In this document: positions 49,692 through 58,901 of the stretch, piece after piece
Layout of the letters: each line of letters begins with the position of its first letter
How positions within the stretch are numbered: position 1 is the first letter of the stretch
IMG/VR virus record: IMGVR_UViG_3300037804_000367
Span: 32,001 to 96,000 of that record
Origin: a virus
Direction: 5' to 3' (one strand)
DNA length: 64,000 nt
Translations under genes and position numbers: made by a program
The notes under the pieces: model-generated
Database searches by the model: none
Seen by the model: the letters and a program-made list of their open reading frames with translations, nothing else
What the model was told of the DNA's origin: nothing

Positions 49692-50003
49692 TCATTTCTT
49701 AACTCCGTTTATTTGCGTAACCTTTCCATAAATGGTACGAGTCCAACCGTTATCCAAACCGTGATTATTGGAAATAAGATAACCTCTTTTGGGATCTTTC
49801 TTTGTAATTTTATGAGCGTCAATGATACGTCCCTTAACTTTACAAAAAACTATATCACCAATTTTATAATCTTTCTTTTTTTCAAATGTTAATAGAGATC
49901 CAGATTTTAAAATAGGCATCATTGAATTACCAAAGCATTTCATCTTGGTGATGTTGTTCTTTTCTAGCTCCATCATCGCACGTTCGTATTTCGGATTAAG
50001 CAT
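49692..50003 (-). CDS. S24/S26 peptidase-like protein
   Basis: GNSMMPILKSG...GDIV...HKI. Confidence 0.7.
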   Translation of the reverse strand: MLNPKYERAMMELEKNNITKMKCFGNSMMPILKSGSLLTFEKKKDYKIGDIVFCKVKGRIIDAHKITKKDPKRGYLISNNHGLDNGWTRTIYGKVTQINGVKK

Positions 50004-50799
50004 CTGCTTCTCCTTCTATTGCAGTATCGTACATCTCTTTTGTGAATAGGGAAGCTACTCCGCCTGACATGCAACAAATTATTAATAATGATAATTCGCT
50101 TGCTAGTCCGCCTTGAACAAACGGATAATAAAAAGCATATATTCCTACAGCTGAAGTTAGCCCGGCAAATATCACGATTGTCATAAGTGTCCAGGTGACT
50201 AAGGATAATATCAGTATAAGTAGTTTTTTCATTCAGATGGCCAAATGTCATTCAACGTCATTGGAGGCATTTCAGCTACAGAAGCTTCATAGCGCTTCTT
50301 TGCATCTTCTTGTTTCTTTTCATGCCAAAGTTTCTGTTCATATATATTTTTTAAACGATCTAACTCTTTTAGATGTTTATTATTGAAATGATCTTCACGA
50401 GTAACTTTAAATATAAAGTCACATGTATCGCAATCAAATTGATTACCGTCCTCATCAATAGCACACCAAGTGTAAATGAAAGCTTTTTCTGACCAAGAGA
50501 ATTTTGATCTACAAACTATTACTTCAAATTCTTCAGCTGTTGAGCTTTCATATGCAGTGATAGTGGTTTTTTCCATGATTGCATTTGAGTGCAATTCATT
50601 AATAATGTCTTCGTTTGTTACATAAAACTTGCCTTTGAAGAGCATTGTTTCGTATTGAAGACATTTCATTTCCTGTTGAAAATTTAAATCAACCGCTTTC
50701 ATGACATGATCTTTTGCGGAAGGGGAAAGAGTGTCTAAAAACGTTCTACAAAATTTATTCATTTATTATCCTTATTGTCATTATTAACTTTACTATATT

Positions 50800-50827
50800 A
50801 ATATACGTGTTATTTTATATAATTCAA
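50800..50827 (-). promoter_or_regulatory. Early-type promoter (TTGAAT variant)
   Basis: TTGAAT-N16-TATATT. Confidence 0.65.
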
Positions 50828-50838
50828 CAACAAATGAT

Positions 50839-50873
50839 AAAAAAGAGCGCCTTTTTATGGGCGCTCTTTTTTT
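50839..50873. terminator. Intrinsic terminator closing the suppressor-tRNA/PTH2 operon
   Basis: A6-gagcgcc-ttttta-tgggcgctc-T7. Confidence 0.85.
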
Positions 50874-51183
50874 AGTTCATTAATTGAAACTTTCTGAAGA
50901 ACTGTCTGTCGTCTCCATGAATTGGTTCCGTTGCAATAGCAGTCATTTGATTTCCAATATCTGGTTCAAAGAATGCTCTGAATTTAACTTGCAATTTTTC
51001 AGCAATTGTTTTTAACTTGTGTTCGCTTTTTACAGTAACAATAATAACTGATGGATGTTCCTGTCCAGGTTTGATAAATGCTCGCGAAGCTTCAATTGCA
51101 GCATGTGCAGACTGTACAGCTTTTTGGGCATTTGATAAATCATTCCTAATAAGAACGTACATGTATTTTGGGACCTATGTCAT
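50872..51183 (-). CDS. PTH2-like peptidyl-tRNA hydrolase; in-frame TAG at codon 3 (ATG ACA TAG GTC CCA AAA TAC ATG...)
   Basis: YVLIRNDLS.AQKAVQSAHAA...FFEPDIGNQMTAIA; ATG at 51183 abuts the upstream TAA; internal ATG at 51162 is the alternative start. Confidence 0.8.
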
Positions 51184-51519
51184 TTAAGCTACCTCTTCAA
51201 CTTCTACAGTTTCCGAAATGACTTGATGAACTACTGCTTCAAGTTTTTTATAACTGTTACTAAATCCGTTCTTAAACTCGTTATCATTGTGAGTATGACT
51301 TGGTTTGTTACGAAACTCATTGTAAATGATATGAAGCAACGTAAGGTTTGTTGCAAAAGAATTTGGTCTTAGTGTATTTTCTAATCTCCAATCTCCGTCT
51401 CTCTGAGCTTGTTTAAACTCAGGTTTGCGAATCTTCTGTGCTTCAGTTAGTTTTATGATTTCACTTTTTAGGGTAGAAACTACTGCTTTGTATTGTGCTC
51501 TTGTGATATTCGTATTCAT
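51184..51519 (-). CDS. Hypothetical helical protein co-transcribed with PTH2
   Basis: CGGAGA RBS 6 nt upstream; 111 aa. Confidence 0.75.
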   Translation of the reverse strand: MNTNITRAQYKAVVSTLKSEIIKLTEAQKIRKPEFKQAQRDGDWRLENTLRPNSFATNLTLLHIIYNEFRNKPSHTHNDNEFKNGFSNSYKKLEAVVHQVISETVEVEEVA

Positions 51520-51584
51520 TTTCTTTCTCCGAAATATTATTTAATTAAGTGTTTGTTTTTATAAAATGGGTAATCCATTTTCAC

Positions 51585-51614
51585 TTACGGAGAGTTGTTA
51601 CGTATCTACATCAT
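51585..51614 (-). promoter_or_regulatory. Leader minigene ATG-ATG-TAG (read-through product MMxIRNNSP*) with an anti-SD segment
   Basis: AAGGA RBS 8 nt upstream; read-through codons TCT CCG complement the CGGAGA SD at 51526-51531. Confidence 0.55.
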
Positions 51615-51698
51615 GATACAATTCCTTTTATTGTTGTTTTTACTTATATTAAAATCTAATACAAAGTGACACTACCTTGTACTTTTTTAATATTAAAA

Positions 51699-51771
51699 TG
51701 CCCAGTGTGGGGATCGAACCCACGTCTCAAGGATTTAGAATCCAGCGCAATAACCGCTATACTAACTGAGC
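51699..51771 (-). tRNA. Amber suppressor tRNA (anticodon CUA)
   Basis: GCTCAGT/ACTGGGC-A acceptor; GGA-TTCTAAA-TCC arm; canonical numbering puts CUA at 34-36; GTGGG-TTCGATC-CCCAC T arm. Confidence 0.85.
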
Positions 51772-51782
51772 TTAAAATTAAA

Positions 51783-52091
51783 TTAACCTACGTGAGTAAA
51801 TAATAAAGATTTTGCTTCCATTCCAAAAGCATTTTTAAATCTTTCCTTGTATTCTTCAACTTTTGAAAAATCTAAATCCTTTGACATATTAAATCCAATA
51901 TATGTATCATCATCTTCAGGACCAGATAAACAATTTTCAAACTGAACGTCAAATGCAAAATTATCTTTAAAATATTCATTATCGTCCCAAGCAGGAAGAT
52001 CAGCGATTTCTCTTACAGTCAACCCAATATCCTGTACGGATCGACCAATCATTAGTACAGCTTCATACTCGTAACTCATTTCAAACTCCAA
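51783..52091 (-). CDS. Acidic hypothetical protein, first gene of the suppressor operon
   Basis: Follows the 52120 promoter; ends 11 nt before the tRNA. Confidence 0.7.
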   Translation of the reverse strand: MEFEMSYEYEAVLMIGRSVQDIGLTVREIADLPAWDDNEYFKDNFAFDVQFENCLSGPEDDDTYIGFNMSKDLDFSKVEEYKERFKNAFGMEAKSLLFTHVG

Positions 52092-52119
52092 TGTTTATTA
52101 GCTCTTTCTTACTAATATT

Positions 52120-52147
52120 AATATACATCCTTAACTAGACAAGTCAA
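52120..52147 (-). promoter_or_regulatory. Early-type promoter of the suppressor/PTH2 operon
   Basis: TTGACT-N16-TATATT. Confidence 0.8.
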
Positions 52148-52165
52148 CCTCAAACACAAAGTATT

Positions 52166-52573
52166 TTACAAATAAATGTTAAAAAATATTATAGCAAAAG
52201 TATTAATACACACGTGCATAACATTATCAGTAATAATCATTAGCCAAACTGTTAACCAAGGTGGTTTCGAATCGTGATATCCTGTATTAGAACACTCTGA
52301 CCACTTGTGTCTATACGATTTAGGAGCCATGAGATTCTTTAACCAACAAACATATCTCGCTAATCTATATCTGTCTATTAAAAAATGCGTTAATAATATT
52401 ATTAAAAATCCTGGTACGGTTACTATAAACAAGAATGGTAATGAATATATTGTTGCATGGATGAAAGCTGGTAGAAATTTTGACGTTTTGTCACTTGCCA
52501 TCCAATCTGATTGGGTAACATAGTCTCCGATAAAATGAAATAACAATCCAAAATATAATAATTGTTCAATCAT
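52166..52573 (-). CDS. DUF3307-family membrane protein
   Basis: HFIGDYVTQSDWMA...HATIY...THFLID...DNVMH. Confidence 0.85.
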   Translation of the reverse strand: MIEQLLYFGLLFHFIGDYVTQSDWMASDKTSKFLPAFIHATIYSLPFLFIVTVPGFLIILLTHFLIDRYRLARYVCWLKNLMAPKSYRHKWSECSNTGYHDSKPPWLTVWLMIITDNVMHVCINTFAIIFFNIYL

Positions 52574-53838
52574 TTTTGATCTTTCCTTTTATCAGCTTCT
52601 TTATGATCATCCCACCATTGAGCTAACTGTCTAGCTTTTGCAATACGACCATCGTACACGATTCTGTTCAATTGATCATCATCAAGCGACTCCAATTTCT
52701 TACATAACTTTGCCGTAAATTTATGAACTCGTTTACTATCACCGTATACATGTTCAGCTGCTTTTTTTATTTTAGGAGAGTAACTTTGATTCATACTTTC
52801 GAAAATATAAATTAATAGTTTAGCTACTTTCTTTGATTCCTGTTCCCACTTGTCTGGGTGCATATGATCACAATTACATGGCATATTATTCTCCTTTAGG
52901 TTGAATATGAATCTTCAGCAGAAGTAACAACTTCTCCGTCCAAGTAAGCGACTACGCGTGTGGTTACATAAGATCTGTCATATTCTTGTGTAGTGTCTAC
53001 TTCGATGTTCAAAGTCAATTCATCTTTGATTACTTGTCGTACCATGTTATAAATTTCTTCACTTGTGAAGCTTTTTGGATATTCTTCAGTCATTTGTTAA
53101 TTCCTGTTATATCTATCTTGTTCGATTTCATCACGGTATCTATCATGGGCATCATCAACTTGTCGAGGATCATAAACGATTGCTCCGTCTTCTTCTTCAC
53201 AAGTTCCACATCTGTCACATTGATTACCGTTCACAATTTGTGTATTGCCGCAGTTTGGACACATGTCCATATATTATATTCCTTTGTTAAGTTAATTTTA
53301 AAGCTTCTGAATGAGCTTCTTCGAGAGAAAAGAATTGATCAACAAGATGTTCAGCTTCGCCTTCGTGCAGTGAAAACATTCCCATCTTATCCTCATAAAT
53401 TATCCAACCATCATCAACATAAGGAGCTGATTGATATTCAATAAGTCCGTTGTTCTTATCAAACTTGTAGATAACTACACCATTAACAGTTACAGTTTTA
53501 TAAGGTGACATATTACTTCTCAGTTGGTTTCAAAAGTTTAAACATTCTTTTCATGAAAGGAGTCAATTGGTTATTTCTAACTCTGACTTCAACCTTTTCA
53601 TTGTTAAGAAGTTTTGTAATAAGAATTTGTTTATTGTTCCATTTGCAAATAGCACGATTAGTTTCTATGTTATATCCGATCATAGTATTATTACAATGAC
53701 AAGGACTATAAATTTGATACGTAGTTTCTTGTTCCCAATCTAATTCTAATCTAGCTTTTGCGTTACAAATAGCACATGGAAGTATAGCAGGGTTTTTTAC
53801 AATTTGCATAATGTTTCCTTTATTAACTCTTTACTATT

Positions 53839-53866
53839 AATATACTACCTTAAATTAAAAAGTCAA
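53839..53866 (-). promoter_or_regulatory. Early-type promoter
   Basis: TTGACT-N16-TATATT. Confidence 0.78.
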
Positions 53867-54136
53867 CGACAAAGTTAGTTTTTTATTTCGATATCAATAA
53901 TGCACATATAATAATGATTTGCATATCGTTCACCAATACCAATCCAGTTGAATTTATCCACTCGTTCAAACCCAGGAACTATTCCACCGTAAAATTTTTC
54001 ACCAATAGGAGTATCAATATTTGCATATTTTACAGCGGCTTTTTCAGCTTTGTCAAAGGTTGACCAAAATTCTTCTTTGTATGGTCCTTCGTATTTGTTT
54101 CCCAATTCAATTTTAAACGCTTTCATCACAAATTCC

Positions 54137-54754
54137 TCACGTACCTTGCTTTAGAGATTTCCATTTTGATTCTGAGATTTCCATTAATGTACCGTCTTCA
54201 ATTCGGTCCATTAAACTAACGATCTCTCCTCTCCAATCATCAACATTACCATAATTATAATGTGCACAGTACACATACTTGTGCTTGTCACTATAGTCTA
54301 ATATTTCATTTACAAATTCTGTAATAGTTCTAAACTTGGTTCTCATTTCAAATGCATTTATTTCATACACGTCTTCAACAATGCCGTCTACTTTAAAAGA
54401 GGTTCTCGCATCTAGTGTTAATTTGCCATCAGCTTCTGTAAAACATTTACCAATAATTTTCATATCGTTAAACTTTTTGAGCTGTCCGATTGCTAACATA
54501 TCTTGTTCGGATTCATATTTGCACGGATCTTCTTTCGGACCATCAGCAATTAACCCTAATGAGGCAAGTGAAATTTCACTAAAATCGGTTTCAATATATC
54601 TATCTTTAAAATGATTTGATTTAATAACGTATGTGGGAATAAATGAACTTTTACTAACGCTGTGTATACTAGCAACATACCACACTACCCCATAGTAGTC
54701 CATTAGTAATTTGCCTTTCATGCGAAAAAGAGGATCAAAATCTGCATCAGTCAT
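54137..54754 (-). CDS. Hypothetical protein
   Basis: 205-aa ORF, tightly packed. Confidence 0.7.
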   Translation of the reverse strand: MTDADFDPLFRMKGKLLMDYYGVVWYVASIHSVSKSSFIPTYVIKSNHFKDRYIETDFSEISLASLGLIADGPKEDPCKYESEQDMLAIGQLKKFNDMKIIGKCFTEADGKLTLDARTSFKVDGIVEDVYEINAFEMRTKFRTITEFVNEILDYSDKHKYVYCAHYNYGNVDDWRGEIVSLMDRIEDGTLMEISESKWKSLKQGT

Positions 54755-55012
54755 TTAGTTATTCCTTTGGTTTGTACTGAGTTTTTCGTTGTGACTTCCA
54801 ACATCTTTGAGGTTTGGATCTGAATACTCTTTTTCCTGATCCCCAGTACACAGGATCACCCCCATCAAAATCATATGGATTATAATAATTTAATACTATT
54901 CTGTATTCACGTGATGATGTTGTAGTCTGTAGTCGTAGTTTGTAGTTTCTCATGTTTGGTTCCTTTGTTTAAGTTACCTAACACTCTCCTACATAATATT
55001 TAAATCGTTTCA

Positions 55013-55492
55013 TTATCTAGTTAGTTCCCAAAATGTACACTTTCCATCTGGATCTTCTCCAAGATGTACTTTATTTTTCCAATTGTCTTGTAATTTGAAA
55101 TACACGTCGCCTTTGAATTCGCCTTTGACTTCAGTCCAAAGAATTCTATCCGCGTATGGTTCCCAAAGTTTATAAATTTCTGACCCGCCAATGATTACAA
55201 ATTCTTCTGTTTCATTTTGAGCAGTCATTAAACTATCAATGTGATCAATATAGATCCAGCCATCTTCGTGTAGAACACCCGTAGAATCCACTTTCTTTTG
55301 TCTTGTTAGTACAAAATTGTTTCTATTAGGTAACGGCTTCTTGAGCGAGTCAGCAGTCTTTCTACCCATCAGTATGTTCTTACCGGTTGTGTACTTTTTG
55401 AAATGCTTAAAGTCCGATGAAATGTGCCAAGGCATCTTATCACCATCACCAATCAATCCATTTTCGTCACTAGCAAACATCATTGTAATCAT
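55013..55492 (-). CDS. folA: Dihydrofolate reductase
   Basis: ASDENGLIG...MPWHISSDFKHFK...MGRKT..SL..PLPNR.N.VLT...IIGG. Confidence 0.95.
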   Translation of the reverse strand: MITMMFASDENGLIGDGDKMPWHISSDFKHFKKYTTGKNILMGRKTADSLKKPLPNRNNFVLTRQKKVDSTGVLHEDGWIYIDHIDSLMTAQNETEEFVIIGGSEIYKLWEPYADRILWTEVKGEFKGDVYFKLQDNWKNKVHLGEDPDGKCTFWELTR

Positions 55493-55503
55493 ATTGTAAA
55501 TTC

Positions 55504-56319
55504 CTAAGGTTTAAATAAGTGATAAATATTGTCAACGTTTATTGAAAAATCCTGCTCAAATTTTCCCTGAGTGTAAATTTTCGAAATGCTCCGACCTCTA
55601 AATTGTTCAGGTAACATGACTACAACTGGACACACTGGTTTATATGTTACTGGACTGTTTTTAGAAGTGCCCAATAAAATAAATGGATCACAGTGAAGCT
55701 TCTGATATATTTTTATCTGTCGTCCTTTGTTAGTTATATGTCCCACTAATCCAACTTCAGCAAAACTATCATCAAAATTTGACATAGTAAATTGTTCTAT
55801 TTGTTTTATATTCTGAGAATCAGCTATAATAAACTCACTTCCCATTTTGAAAGATTTATTCATTATGTTTCCAATATCACACAACTCAGAGGTTTGCTTT
55901 TCAGTAATCATTTGTACCATACGTTCAATTGTTTCAACATTTAATTCTGCTGACACATCAATGACTGCAATCTCAATCAGCTCTTGCTCCACATCTACAC
56001 CATTAACAGTTTTCATATCTCCGTCTGATAGGTGATGAACGGTACTGTGTAATAACTTTGGTGGAATATCTGTTTGATCATTCGTTGCTTCTACATTTAT
56101 TACTGAATGAGCTATTAAATTAGAAAAGGTTCTAAGAGTTGTTAGTATTGACAATGGTTTTATAAAAAACTTATCCATCTCGTGAGTAGTTTGAAGTACA
56201 GTTGTTGTGCTAGATCGTAGTTTGGTTCCATAAACTTTTGCAGCATCAAGAACTGGATCCCAAGACTGTTTTGGTTTTGTTTTTCGTTTCCAGAATTTGA
56301 GTTTATTTAAATTTAACAT
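55504..56319 (-). CDS. Diverged T4 gp23/gp24-like capsid protein paralogue (truncated HK97-type)
   Basis: GVDVEQELIEIAVIDVSAELNVETI resembles gp23 G.DAE.EL..IL..EI..EIN.E.I; later FIIAD and G...YKP..P.V segments. Confidence 0.55.
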   Translation of the reverse strand: MLNLNKLKFWKRKTKPKQSWDPVLDAAKVYGTKLRSSTTTVLQTTHEMDKFFIKPLSILTTLRTFSNLIAHSVINVEATNDQTDIPPKLLHSTVHHLSDGDMKTVNGVDVEQELIEIAVIDVSAELNVETIERMVQMITEKQTSELCDIGNIMNKSFKMGSEFIIADSQNIKQIEQFTMSNFDDSFAEVGLVGHITNKGRQIKIYQKLHCDPFILLGTSKNSPVTYKPVCPVVVMLPEQFRGRSISKIYTQGKFEQDFSINVDNIYHLFKP

Positions 56320-56592
56320 CTAAAACGTTCGTCATTACCAGATCCACCTGGTTTCAAATGAGGAAATGTAGAATGGCTGCCTGTAGCGTGAACAGCATGT
56401 AGTTGTTCTTTAGTAACATCCGTTTCGCTTTCTCTAAGAGGATCTATTTCATGTACAAATGCTAGATTTAAATGATTTTTAATCAATTTTAATTGTTTTT
56501 CTGAAACTGACGTACACTCTGACAACTCAAAGAATCCCTGTAGCCAAAAGCAAAAATCAATGCTGTTCATATTCATTTCCTATTTAAATTAG

Positions 56593-56666
56593 TGCGCCCA
56601 GAGGGACTCGAACCCACGACCTTCGCTTTATGAGAGCGCTGCTCTAACCAACTGAGCTATAGGCAC
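56593..56666 (-). tRNA. tRNA-Met/Ile2 (CAU)
   Basis: GCGCT-CTCATAA-AGCGA; canonical D and T arms. Confidence 0.9.
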
Positions 56667-56842
56667 TTTTTATATTGTCGTTATTTAGTTTTAAAAAGTA
56701 AACTGAACAATATTTACTTTGTTAGTTTTTCTTGATCTGTTTGATCGGGCACTTCAAATTTTCCATTGACACATCCAACAGAAATCAACATTAATAATAC
56801 TATCAACCATTTTTTCATTTTTGTTTCCTTTTTATTAAATAA

Positions 56843-56928
56843 CGACTTTGGAAGGTTTCGAAGCCTACATACAGTCTGTTCGGAGTTCATCCTACTAAGT
56901 CTCGCGTTGCCAATTAGCGTACAAAGTC
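56843..56928 (-). pseudogene. Degenerate class II-like tRNA
   Basis: GACTTTG/CAAAGTC acceptor and D arm intact; anticodon arm unpaired; 8-nt T loop. Confidence 0.45.
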
Positions 56929-56933
56929 AAAAA

Positions 56934-57069
56934 TGGTGTCGGGAGAAGGGGTTGAACCTCACAATTCGCTTCGTCAAGAAAAGAACTTAATAAGAAAATA
57001 CCTTCCATGGTGTATTAGCTTTTCGTTTCAGTCTATCTGAGAACTATTTTATAGCTAGGACTTTCCGAC
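56934..57069 (-). ncRNA. tRNA-like RNA with encoded CCA and an AU-rich ~100-nt core
   Basis: GTCGGAA...GAGG-TTCAACC-CCTT-C-TCCCGAC-A-CCA. Confidence 0.55.
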
Positions 57070-57150
57070 ACAACCTTTGTCTCTTTTATACTAAAGTTGT
57101 ACACTCTCTTTCGAAAGAGCATTAAAGGCGTCCTAACCCGACATAAAAAA

Positions 57151-57231
57151 TACCCCCAGCAGGATTTGCACCTGCACGCCCGAAGGCAACGAATTTTAAG
57201 TTCGTCATGTCTGCTGTTCCATCATGGGGAC
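57151..57231 (-). tRNA. tRNA-Leu(UAA)
   Basis: ACGAA-CTTAAAA-TTCGT; variable arm TGCC-TTCG-GGCG; T loop TGCAAAT. Confidence 0.85.
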
Positions 57232-57638
57232 GTAAAACCTCTGTATTTTTGTTTCCTCACAGGTTGAGATTGCAGTCCTGTGACTTGATTATCAAAACAA
57301 ATGAACGAGGGATTTGCCCCGCTGACGTTCTGTCTGACCTACCGCTCTGGGAAGTTGTGGAATTGTACCACAAGTACAACTTACAATGTTTAGATAAATT
57401 CGTTAAATTGAAATGTACATGTACTGCTTTTTTTCTTGCAGTTGTTTCACCATAGAGGCATATGTTTTATATGCTTCTTCTCGTGTTGTAAAATTAAATA
57501 TATTGATTTCACTAACACCTTTAAACCAAAATGTCAATTTCAAATCTTCAAACTGACACTGTCTAACATCAAACAAATCTATTACAACTTCGTTTTGCAT
57601 CTTCGCTTCCTTCTTTATTTTTGATTTACTATACTATT

Positions 57639-57666
57639 AATATACACTCTAAAACTAATAAGTCAA
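57639..57666 (-). promoter_or_regulatory. Early-type promoter (drives the second tRNA group)
   Basis: TTGACT-N16-TATATT. Confidence 0.8.
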
Positions 57667-57677
57667 CATCAAATGTA

Positions 57678-57710
57678 AAAGAAAGATGGGAAACTTTCCC
57701 ATCTTTCTTT
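57678..57710. terminator. Intrinsic terminator/hairpin
   Basis: aaagaaagatggga/ttcccatctttcttt. Confidence 0.75.
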
Positions 57711-57891
57711 AATCAAATTTATCATTTGATCGTAATTTAAACATACATGTTGTTCTTTATTGGAGCATTTCTAATCTTTAAAAATGTTCCGAACGTCAAA
57801 AGTTTAAAAAATGTGAAAATGTTACTGTTTACTTATTATAATTATCTGTGTATGTTGTGTACTTTACACAGTAAACACTAATTAATTGCAA

Positions 57892-58893
57892 TTATTTTTC
57901 GTATCCGTTCGGATTTTTAGTTTGCCAATTCCAAGCGTCTGTGATCATATCGTTTATATTTCTTGTCGCTGTCCACCCCAACTCTTGTTTAATGAGATCA
58001 GCTGTGGCAATTACATTTGCAATGTCACCGTCTCTTCTCGGTGCAATCTCATATGCAATCTCCTTCTTTGAAATGTCACGAAAGGCTTGAATCATCTCCA
58101 ATACTGAATATCCTGTCCCCGTGCCAACATTGTAAATTTTAGTTCCATTCATCTTTGCAACAGCGTCTACATGAGCTTGTGCTAAGTCCATCACGTGAAT
58201 GTAATCTCGTACACCAGTGCCATCAGGAGTGTCATAATCATCTCCAAAAACCATTACCTTTGATCTTTTTCCACATGCTACTTGTTGAACAAACGGAAGC
58301 AAGTTTGCTGGATATTTCGGATCCTCTCCTATTTGTCCCGACACATGAGCGCCCACAGGATTAAAGTATCTAAGTAGGGTAACATTCTTATCATTTGCAT
58401 TGGCCCAATCGCTTAATATCTCCTCTGTCATTAATTTGGTCCTACCGTAAGGATTGGTTGGTCCTAAAGCAGACAATTCGCTTACAGGTGCATTACTAGC
58501 CTTATAAACAGTAGCTGAAGAGCTAAAAATAATGTTCTTTACCTTCGAGACCTTCATTGACTCTATTAAGTTAAGTGTCCCTGTTATATTATTTTTATAA
58601 TACATGTGAGGATGTTCGACTGATTCGTTTACAGACTTTAAAGCCGCAAAGTGAATTACCGTATCAATGTTCTTTTCCTTTCGACAAATGTCTGTGAGGT
58701 AATTTTGATTGAGAAGGTTTACTCGATGAAACTTTATCTTTTTATTTGTTATCTTTTCAACTCTTTTTAGAGATTCGATTGATGAATTTACAAAATCATC
58801 TATAGCGACCACTTCATATCCATTTTCTAACAATAATAGACACGTGTGTGATCCTATGTAACCACTTGCGCCTGTGACCAAAATCTTTTTCAT
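57892..58893 (-). CDS. galE: UDP-glucose 4-epimerase
   Basis: GASGYIG NAD-binding motif; HFAALKSV.ES; FSSSATVY; YGRTK; LRYFNP; GTGVRDYIHV. Confidence 0.96.
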   Translation of the reverse strand: MKKILVTGASGYIGSHTCLLLLENGYEVVAIDDFVNSSIESLKRVEKITNKKIKFHRVNLLNQNYLTDICRKEKNIDTVIHFAALKSVNESVEHPHMYYKNNITGTLNLIESMKVSKVKNIIFSSSATVYKASNAPVSELSALGPTNPYGRTKLMTEEILSDWANANDKNVTLLRYFNPVGAHVSGQIGEDPKYPANLLPFVQQVACGKRSKVMVFGDDYDTPDGTGVRDYIHVMDLAQAHVDAVAKMNGTKIYNVGTGTGYSVLEMIQAFRDISKKEIAYEIAPRRDGDIANVIATADLIKQELGWTATRNINDMITDAWNWQTKNPNGYEK

Positions 58894-58901
58894 ACATTTC
58901 C

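Noticed and set aside
51540-51584. 13-codon ORF MDYPFYKNKHLIK resembling the KHL tag
   Set aside because: It lacks the invariant Met of the tag and an RBS, and overlaps the leader hairpin; likely coincidence.
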